IMG/VR virus record: IMGVR_UViG_3300047550_004303
Length of the DNA stretch: 11,673 bases
DNA from: a virus
Taxonomy: Duplodnaviria > Heunggongvirae > Uroviricota > Caudoviricetes
Reading direction: 5' to 3' (one strand)
The translations under genes and the position numbers were made by a program. The notes below the pieces were generated by a model. The model was given only the letters and a program-made list of their open reading frames with translations. It was not told where the DNA came from and ran no database searches. This document shows, one piece after another, positions 1 through 5,632 of this stretch (position 1 is the stretch's first letter; each line of letters opens with the position of its first letter).

Positions 1-796
1 CACTTGTGCCACTAAATCCACTTCTACCACTGAAGCCACTTACACCACTGAATCCACTTTCACCAGATATCCCTGAAAAGCCACTTAACCCGCTTAGACC
101 ACTGAATCCACTAGTACTTGCGCCACTTTCACCACTTACGCCACTGAATCCACTTATACCTAATGCACCCGAAAATCCGCTTGTACCGCTGACGCCAGAT
201 GGTCCTTGTATTGGTCCAACATTACTCCAAGTATTGTCTCCGTTACTTACTGCTCCATCACCTGCATTGTATCCGCCACCTGAATTAAGTATAATGTAAA
301 GAGTTCCTGCTGGAGTGCCATTTGGTAAATAAGTGTAATCTACTACTGAACCTGCTAGAGTAACAGAAGTACCATTTAATCCACTTATACCACTGAATCC
401 ACTTGTTCCACTGAATCCACTGAAACCACTTATACCTGAACCACTAAAACCACTGGTACCAGATCTGCCACTGAATCCACTTCTACCACTAAATCCGCTT
501 ATACCTGATGCTCCACTAACTCCGGATGGACCTTGTATCGGCCCAATATTACCCCAAGTGTCGTCCCCGTTACTTACTGCTCCATCACCTGCATTGTATC
601 CGCCACCTGAATTAATAACAATATAAAGTGTTCCTGCCGGAGCACCATTTGGTAAAAAAGTGTAATCTGGTACTGTACCTGCAAGTGTTACTGAGGTTCC
701 ATTTAATCCACTTGTACCACTGAAGCCACTTATACCGCAAAAACCACTAATACCACTGGTACCTGATGCACCACTTGTACCACTCGCACCTGATGC
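1..796 (-). repeat. Coding 9-nt-period tandem repeats (AGT-GGN-NNN; Ser-Gly-X) in three tracts at about 1-205, 380-532 and 707-796
   Basis: ccact/ccgct recurs every 9 nt on the + strand and translates as SG[ITVRAE]SGF on the - strand. Confidence 0.95.
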
Positions 797-907
797 TCTT
801 AAATACAACTCATCAAAATTTTGTTGGGTTTTTTGGAAAGCTGTGCGTATAGCATCAGCGTTGATGTCGTTTGGAAATGAACCAAAATCAATATTTTGTT
901 TAGCCAT
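1..907 (-). CDS. Collagen-like (Gly-X-Ser)n tail/baseplate fibre protein, 5' part only (runs off the window edge, no stop seen)
   Basis: Hand translation from ATG at 907: MAKQNIDFGSFPNDINADAIRTAFQKTQQNFDELYLRASGASGTSGASGTSGISGFCGISGFSGTSGLNGTSVTLAG..., open for 302 codons to the edge. The N-terminus resembles the T4 gp9/gp10-type 'IxxG..xD..D.lR.af.K.N.NFdELY' motif. Absent from the ORF track because it is truncated. Confidence 0.9.
   Translation of the reverse strand, partial: MAKQNIDFGSFPNDINADAIRTAFQKTQQNFDELYLRASGASGTSGASGTSGISGFCGISGFSGTSGLNGTSVTLAGTVPDYTFLPNGAPAGTLYIVINSGGGYNAGDGAVSNGDDTWGNIGPIQGPSGVSGASGISGFSGRSGFSGRSGTSGFSGSGISGFSGFSGTSGFSGISGLNGTSVTLAGSVVDYTYLPNGTPAGTLYIILNSGGGYNAGDGAVSNGDNTWSNVGPIQGPSGVSGTSGFSGALGISGFSGVSGESGASTSGFSGLSGLSGFSGISGESGFSGVSGFSGRSGFSGTS
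185..709 (-). repeat. Two copies (512-709 and 185-382; period 327 nt = 109 codons) of a 66-aa module GLNGTSVTLAG.V.DYT.LPNG.PAGTLYI..NSGGGYNAGDGAVSNGD.TW.N.GPIQGPSGVSG inside the fibre gene
   Basis: Codon-by-codon alignment by eye. Most differences are synonymous, and 240-288 is identical to 567-615 (49 nt). Confidence 0.95.
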
Positions 908-912
908 GCTTA

Positions 913-920
913 TATTTATC
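913..920 (-). promoter_or_regulatory. T4-like late promoter GATAAATA, 5 nt upstream of the fibre ATG
   Basis: The minus strand reads GATAAATA-TAAGC-ATG. It resembles the T4 late -10 element TATAAATA. No Shine-Dalgarno is present. Confidence 0.75.
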
Positions 921-947
921 TTTTGTAAATAAAATTATCTTATGGTA

Positions 948-969
948 AACCCAGCAATGTTGCTGGGTT
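948..969. terminator. Hairpin AACCCAGCAA-TG-TTGCTGGGTT downstream of the 801-aa gene; probable intrinsic terminator, possibly bidirectional
   Basis: Perfect inverted repeat (9-bp stem with a 4-nt loop) and a GC-rich core in an AT-rich spacer. It lies 21 nt past the stop at 991, with short T runs on both sides. Confidence 0.75.
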
Positions 970-990
970 AGTTTCTAAATTTAAATAGAA

Positions 991-3396
991 TTATCTGAGT
1001 CCTGCTAATTTTTTCCAATCACCAATAGATTCATTAGTAGAATATCCCATTCTATCGTTTTGTCCTGCAATTACAGGGATAGTAGTTTGTCCTGTTGATT
1101 TAGGTTTATTCAAACCACCTGCAATTGTTTGGATCATGAACTCATCATCAGTTGTGAATGTTTCTTCTTTGAACTCTTCAAGACTTTGCCCTGCATCATT
1201 TGCCCATTCATTCAACTCTTCCTCTACATTTTGAGTTGCTAATGCTTGATCTTCGGCTGCTTCGGCTTCTTCATCAGCAGTAGTTTCGGCTGCATCTGTA
1301 TCAGGAGGATTGTCTTCACTTACTTGAAATTCACGTTGTTCGTCATTTTCAACTTCATCAACTTGTTCCTCGTGATCACATCCACAATCACTTTCATATT
1401 CACCGCATGAATCACAAGTTTCTTCCTCTTCACCTTCTTCATCAGCGTAATCTTGACTGTCAGATTGACCTGTTAGTTTTTTCATGATTGACATCATTCC
1501 ATCATGATCACCTACCACTTCAATATCCCCATGTGATTCTTTACCTTGATCACTTGCACCATAATCACTAGACTGTTGATCGCCGAACAAGCCTAAACCA
1601 GCAGTTTTAATCAAGCCTAAAAGTTGTTCAGCTTCCGCATCTTGAGCAGTAACGCTTACTGAGTCAGGCATTCCTTGTTGACCTTTGCTTATAGAAACAG
1701 TCATACCTTCATCAACTTGTTCACTTTCTAAAAGTGCCTGTAGTTGATTATCTAAACTTTCAAAGAAACTATCAGTTTCTAATACTTCTGTGTCTTTGAA
1801 TGTTTGTCCAAATGCCTTGAATGTATCACCTGGTGTGGTGCTTGCCTTATGTCTCATGTATTCTGTTCTATCCATTTCATACATGTCCATTTCGTCTTCT
1901 AGTGTAGGCATTGCTGCACTTGCCATTCCAGAAACTGTTGCTGGTGGCATTGCTGGTGCAGTTTCGTATACACCCTGACCATAGCATTCATCTAAACCTT
2001 CTTTGAAGCCTTCATGATATTCTCTTGCTTCATCCATATCTTCATAACGGCAATTGTATCCTTCTTTTGCTAGTGCGTGTGATTTACCCATTAGTCTAGC
2101 AGCAGAATGTCTATGTGAACTTTCAGTAACTTTTTTCTTTTTCTTGTCACTTGCTGCTTTTTTCATAGATTCTTTTTTGTTTTTATCTTTATCAATATCT
2201 AAGAAATCAGGCTTAGCTTTTTTGCCTTCAAACGTTTTATCGCTTCTACCGGCACCTAAACCTGCACCCATGTCCATTTGATCAGATGGAATGTCTGCTT
2301 CCGCCACACCTTGCTCTTTATATTTTTTAGAAGTACTTGGATCTTTTACAAAACGATTGAAGGCACTTTGTGGATTACCCTTGTCACTATTCTTAATATC
2401 GAGATAACGTGTAGCACCATTCTTCATGGTAATTTTTATTGCCCCTGGTCCAAAATAATCATTAGTAGTCCAACTTGCAGTACCTACTACTTGACCTGTT
2501 TTGTTATTAATAATTTCGTAATCTGTATCTTTTCGTGTCATATCAACACTGCCGAAATCCTCTGGATCACCTGGATGAAATGTTTTTTCAACATTAGTTT
2601 TCTTTAGTGAATAGCCTTCCGCCACACCTTCATTGGCTTTTCTTAGATTTTTAAGAACCGCACCTGCAACACGTTCGCCTGCTGCCTTTGAACCATAACG
2701 TTTGCCTGCACTTGTAGCGATCTTACTGAATTGCTTACCTGGCTTACCGATATCTTTTCCTGCTCTTGCTTTTTTAGCAGAATAATCACCTTCTTTTTCC
2801 TTCATTGGTTGTGTTCCAGTTGGTGCTTGACCTGTTGCACCTGCAGCTGGTTGAGTTGAAGTTTGTGCAGTAGTTTGTACAATTTGTACATCTTTTGGAT
2901 CTATGCCACCTAACATTTTTTGAACTGCTGGATTTTTGCTAGTTAAAACACCTGCTCCAACTTGTTTGTTTTGTGGATTCATCATAGCTAGAGGTTTCAT
3001 CCCTGGAGGTACATTTTCTGAAACAACTTTCATCCAATCTTTCAATGAAGATTTTTTATCAGTACCTTCTGCTACACTTTCTTCTTTCATAGTATGTTTT
3101 ACACTGGCTTTACCAGGTAATTTCTTTGGTTTATTACCAACAATCCAACTCTGTAGTGTATCAGTATCCCACTTCTTTACCTCACCAGTTTCGCTATCAG
3201 CACCTTTCTTAGGACGACCACGACCACGTTTTGCGGCTGGTTCAGCTTTCTTTTCATCGTCATCTTTGTCAGGGTTAGTTTCTGGATCATAGCCGCCATA
3301 ACGTCCTGGTTTGGCTTTGTGTTTTACACCTGTCTTTGTTTCTTCTTTAGCCTCAGACAATTGGTTTAATTGGTCTAATAATGATTTAAAATCCAT
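991..3396 (-). CDS. 801-aa modular low-complexity protein; putative internal head protein or protease-processed polyprotein (basic N-half, acidic C-half)
   Basis: Long ORF with SD AAGGA 7 nt before the ATG. It carries many [LIVMF]-X-E motifs (LSE/A, VAE/G x2, VSE/N, VAE/A, VTE/S, LLE/S, VDE/G), an AT-hook KRGRGRPKK and a C-terminal DWKKLAGLR. The function is inferred. Confidence 0.8.
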   Translation of the reverse strand: MDFKSLLDQLNQLSEAKEETKTGVKHKAKPGRYGGYDPETNPDKDDDEKKAEPAAKRGRGRPKKGADSETGEVKKWDTDTLQSWIVGNKPKKLPGKASVKHTMKEESVAEGTDKKSSLKDWMKVVSENVPPGMKPLAMMNPQNKQVGAGVLTSKNPAVQKMLGGIDPKDVQIVQTTAQTSTQPAAGATGQAPTGTQPMKEKEGDYSAKKARAGKDIGKPGKQFSKIATSAGKRYGSKAAGERVAGAVLKNLRKANEGVAEGYSLKKTNVEKTFHPGDPEDFGSVDMTRKDTDYEIINNKTGQVVGTASWTTNDYFGPGAIKITMKNGATRYLDIKNSDKGNPQSAFNRFVKDPSTSKKYKEQGVAEADIPSDQMDMGAGLGAGRSDKTFEGKKAKPDFLDIDKDKNKKESMKKAASDKKKKKVTESSHRHSAARLMGKSHALAKEGYNCRYEDMDEAREYHEGFKEGLDECYGQGVYETAPAMPPATVSGMASAAMPTLEDEMDMYEMDRTEYMRHKASTTPGDTFKAFGQTFKDTEVLETDSFFESLDNQLQALLESEQVDEGMTVSISKGQQGMPDSVSVTAQDAEAEQLLGLIKTAGLGLFGDQQSSDYGASDQGKESHGDIEVVGDHDGMMSIMKKLTGQSDSQDYADEEGEEEETCDSCGEYESDCGCDHEEQVDEVENDEQREFQVSEDNPPDTDAAETTADEEAEAAEDQALATQNVEEELNEWANDAGQSLEEFKEETFTTDDEFMIQTIAGGLNKPKSTGQTTIPVIAGQNDRMGYSTNESIGDWKKLAGLR
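2298..2630 (-). repeat. Perfect 15-bp direct repeat AAGGTGTGGCGGAAG at 2616-2630 and 2298-2312 (318 bp = 106 codons apart), flanking an in-frame module
   Basis: Both copies read cttccgccacacctt on the + strand, with mismatches immediately outside both ends. They encode (E/Q)GVAE(G/A). Confidence 0.95.
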
Positions 3397-3414
3397 TTTA
3401 TTTTCCTTTAATTA

Positions 3415-4029
3415 TCATGCCATAGCGCCTGTCTTTGGCTTAGGCGGTCTTGTAATTGTGCTCATTGGACTCTTTGCACCTTTAACATCTTGTGGTATAG
3501 CTTTAAATGGGTCAAAACTATCAGGTGTCTTTTTACCTTCATATGGAATATCAATCTTACTGTTCTTACCTTGATCTTTAATTGAATTCAAATAACTTTG
3601 ACTATAAGCTTTACTAGCTTCTTTGCCATTATCAGCCATTTCTTCATGAGTAAGAACTGGACTTTCTTTCATTTGATTTGCAAATTTATCAGCTTCAAGA
3701 TTGATACTATCATCAAAATCTGTAGATATAGCACGTACCATGTTTACATTATAACCACATAACTGTGCGATTTGTTGTATCATAGGTTCAGTTGCTGGAT
3801 ATCTAAAATTAGCTTTGATTATAGTTACACTTTGATTTTCTAATCCAGGAAAACCATAAGGTGATTTTTGAATAGGAGTACTAGACGGGCTACTTATTTC
3901 AATAGGATCGAACTTGTTTAGATTGTATTTAAACAAATCCAAAAAGTTTTTATCCACATCACCGGCAATTTTAATCGTGTAATTGTATGTTTTAACACTT
4001 TCGGTTATAAACTGTTTTAAACCACGCAT
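3415..4029 (-). CDS. Conserved-looking phage protein with an N-terminal capsid-targeting-like sequence (putative internal head protein)
   Basis: Starts MRGLKQFITE|S, compared with the T4 IPII/IPIII CTS MKTYQEFIAE. SD AAGGA and an upstream late promoter are present. Tandem stops TGA-TAA. Confidence 0.7.
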   Translation of the reverse strand: MRGLKQFITESVKTYNYTIKIAGDVDKNFLDLFKYNLNKFDPIEISSPSSTPIQKSPYGFPGLENQSVTIIKANFRYPATEPMIQQIAQLCGYNVNMVRAISTDFDDSINLEADKFANQMKESPVLTHEEMADNGKEASKAYSQSYLNSIKDQGKNSKIDIPYEGKKTPDSFDPFKAIPQDVKGAKSPMSTITRPPKPKTGAMA

Positions 4030-4054
4030 AAGAATCCTTACATTAATATAATAG

Positions 4055-4062
4055 TATTTATC
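4055..4062 (-). promoter_or_regulatory. Late promoter GATAAATA for the 204-aa and 801-aa genes
   Basis: Intergenic, 25 nt upstream of the ATG at 4029, followed by SD AAGGA at 4039-4035. Confidence 0.75.
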
Positions 4063-4069
4063 ACTCTTA

Positions 4070-4543
4070 CTAAGATTTTGAGGCTAACATCTTAAGTAAC
4101 TCATTGCGATCTAATGCTTTACCTTCACCAACTGGAGTAGATTCAACTTCTTCTGCTTTAGTTGCAAGCTTTGCATCTAGCATAGCTTTTTTTAACTGCA
4201 ACTCAATTGTTTTTAATTTTTTGTTTACTTTTGCTGTTTTAGCAGTTATCGCATGACCTAACATATTGCTAGCTACACCAAATATCTCAGCACTAAATCT
4301 ACTATCAACTTGCATACCTAACTCATGCAAGTTTTTATAACTCTCTATAGCTAAATTAGCTAAGTTGTCAAATTCAGTATCACTAGCTTCAAGACCTCTA
4401 ACTTGCGGCAATGCATTTTCTATTTTTTCAATATTAGACAACGTTTCTGCTACATTCTCTCGTTGTTCTTCAACAATAGGAGTCAATAATGAATTTTCTT
4501 CATCGGTTGGTAATTCAAATAATTCAGCTAATTTTTTAGACAT
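4070..4543 (-). CDS. Helical hypothetical protein, possibly a terminase small subunit (T4 gp16-like)
   Basis: 157 aa with an acidic N-terminus, long predicted helices and a K/L-rich coiled coil. 'DSRFSAEIFGVASNML' loosely recalls gp16 'DSPRHMEVFATLMGQM'. The CDS is solid; the function is tentative. Confidence 0.45.
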   Translation of the reverse strand: MSKKLAELFELPTDEENSLLTPIVEEQRENVAETLSNIEKIENALPQVRGLEASDTEFDNLANLAIESYKNLHELGMQVDSRFSAEIFGVASNMLGHAITAKTAKVNKKLKTIELQLKKAMLDAKLATKAEEVESTPVGEGKALDRNELLKMLASKS

Positions 4544-4547
4544 CTAC

Positions 4548-4555
4548 TATTTATT
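4548..4555 (-). promoter_or_regulatory. Late promoter AATAAATA, 4 nt upstream of the ATG at 4543
   Basis: The minus strand reads TTAATAAATA-GTAG-ATG. No SD is present. Confidence 0.65.
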
Positions 4556-4577
4556 AACAATTTAAAGTTTGGGTAAA

Positions 4578-5012
4578 TTATTTTCTACCGTTATGAAACA
4601 ATTGATCTTCATTCAAAACTCTAAATCCATAGCCTTGACTTTTACAATATGCTGCTGCTGACTGCCATTTTGCATGATTAATTGCAATTACGGCTCTGTC
4701 TTTTACACTCATTGCTTTATTTTCCATCAAACTTTGTTTTTTTGGTTTTATTTCAACTATCTCAGCTAATCTTTTTCCGTATTTGTTTTCATAGACTACG
4801 AAAAAATCAGGTATATAATTAGCTGGTTTACCTGTCAAAGGATGTTTATAAGGTATAGTTATGCTTTCACTTGCCCAATACAATATGTTATTGTTAGAAT
4901 CTAAAAAATTCATGAATGCCATTTCCCAACCAGAACGATAACGAGGTTTGTGATTCCCTACATATTTCTGTGGGTTTTTAGGAGTGAATATACCTTGTGC
5001 CCATCTAGTCAT
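4578..5012 (-). CDS. Head completion nuclease, T4 gp4-like (TnsA-N-like PD-(D/E)xK fold)
   Basis: Motifs GxFxPKNPxKYVG, YRSGWE, WASE, YIPDF and VEIKP; INHAKWQSA near the C-terminus; size 144 aa. ATGA overlap with the upstream gene. Confidence 0.8.
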   Translation of the reverse strand: MTRWAQGIFTPKNPQKYVGNHKPRYRSGWEMAFMNFLDSNNNILYWASESITIPYKHPLTGKPANYIPDFFVVYENKYGKRLAEIVEIKPKKQSLMENKAMSVKDRAVIAINHAKWQSAAAYCKSQGYGFRVLNEDQLFHNGRK

Positions 5013-5371
5013 AAGACTACATTTCTTGCTACAGGTTGAACTGGTTTAGGAATAACGTTTATACCGTATAAAGAAGTTTTAGACTTTATACCATTTAAAT
5101 AGTAACAAATTTTTGCGTTCATCTGCAATTGATTATTAGTACCTTTGATTTCTCCTAATAAATCTAAAACGTTAACACCGGTAACACTTGCAATTCTACA
5201 CAATATCGCAGTGAAATTATTAGCTATAGTTTCTGAAGGACAAACGCCAACAAAATAACTACGCACAACATCATATTGATTCGCTGAAACAGAAATATTT
5301 GAATTGTAAAAACTATCAAATATTTTTATAGTTCTGTCTAAAGAATTTCTATCTTCGGTTATAGTTGCCAT
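5009..5371 (-). CDS. Hypothetical protein (120 aa) in the tail/head operon
   Basis: Tightly packed: TAA-TT-ATG upstream and an ATGA overlap downstream. Protein-like composition, no recognised motif. Confidence 0.8.
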   Translation of the reverse strand: MATITEDRNSLDRTIKIFDSFYNSNISVSANQYDVVRSYFVGVCPSETIANNFTAILCRIASVTGVNVLDLLGEIKGTNNQLQMNAKICYYLNGIKSKTSLYGINVIPKPVQPVARNVVL

Positions 5372-5373
5372 AA

Positions 5374-5631
5374 TTAAGTTATATTTTGAAAGCCAGCGAC
5401 TGGTTCAAAAGTCACAGGTCTAGGTCCAATCACAGTTCCTGCTGTAGGAGATCCTGCTGCAGGATTGGGAGTAGAAAAATTTATAGGGAAAAGTGAGTTT
5501 ACATTTCTGTTAAGTTGAGTATTATCACGCTGTGTTAATGTAAACCCTAAAATAGACTGCTCCTTATTTGTTTTAATCAAATAAGGATTTTTTTGATAAT
5601 TGTATGCTACATTTGCTTGATTGTTGTTCAT
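5374..5631 (-). CDS. Short hypothetical protein (85 aa); may be the split-off C-terminus of the upstream tube-like gene
   Basis: Starts 1 nt after the upstream stop (TAA-A-ATG) and exactly fills the gap. Pro/Gly-rich tail. Confidence 0.6.
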   Translation of the reverse strand: MNNNQANVAYNYQKNPYLIKTNKEQSILGFTLTQRDNTQLNRNVNSLFPINFSTPNPAAGSPTAGTVIGPRPVTFEPVAGFQNIT

Positions 5632-5632
5632 T

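Noticed and set aside
6-299. Pro/Leu-rich + strand ORF (97 aa)
   Set aside because: It is the antisense shadow of the Ser-Gly repeats (AGT-GGN reads as CCA-CT), and the real gene is on the minus strand.
185-709. Diversity-generating retroelement TR/VR pair
   Set aside because: The mismatches are mostly synonymous third positions of all base types rather than adenine-specific. Both copies are in frame in one gene, and no reverse transcriptase is in the window.
1-800. CRISPR array
   Set aside because: The repeats have a 9-nt coding periodicity, with no constant 25-45 nt repeat and no unique spacers.
926-987. + strand TAAATA at 926-931 and 982-987 as antisense late promoters
   Set aside because: They lack the preceding A of the ATAAATA core shared by the six accepted sites, have no gene downstream, and are expected by chance in AT-rich spacers.
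2278-2607. 109-aa + strand ORF almost coextensive with the repeat-flanked cassette
   Set aside because: It is in the codon-aligned antisense frame, which stays open simply because the module lacks TTA/CTA/TCA codons over that stretch. No initiation signals are present.
1790-3574. + strand ORFs 1790-1978, 2054-2281, 2936-3292 and 3311-3574
   Set aside because: They are antisense to long, well-formed minus-strand genes, have Ser/Phe/Leu-biased shadow composition, and lack any promoter or SD.
3412-4072. Stop-codon reassignment suggested by tandem stops TGA-TAA (3417-3412) and TAG-TAA (4072-4067)
   Set aside because: All long genes, including the 1255-aa sheath, are open under the standard code, and a classic ATGA stop/start overlap exists at 5009-5012. 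There is no positive evidence of recoding.
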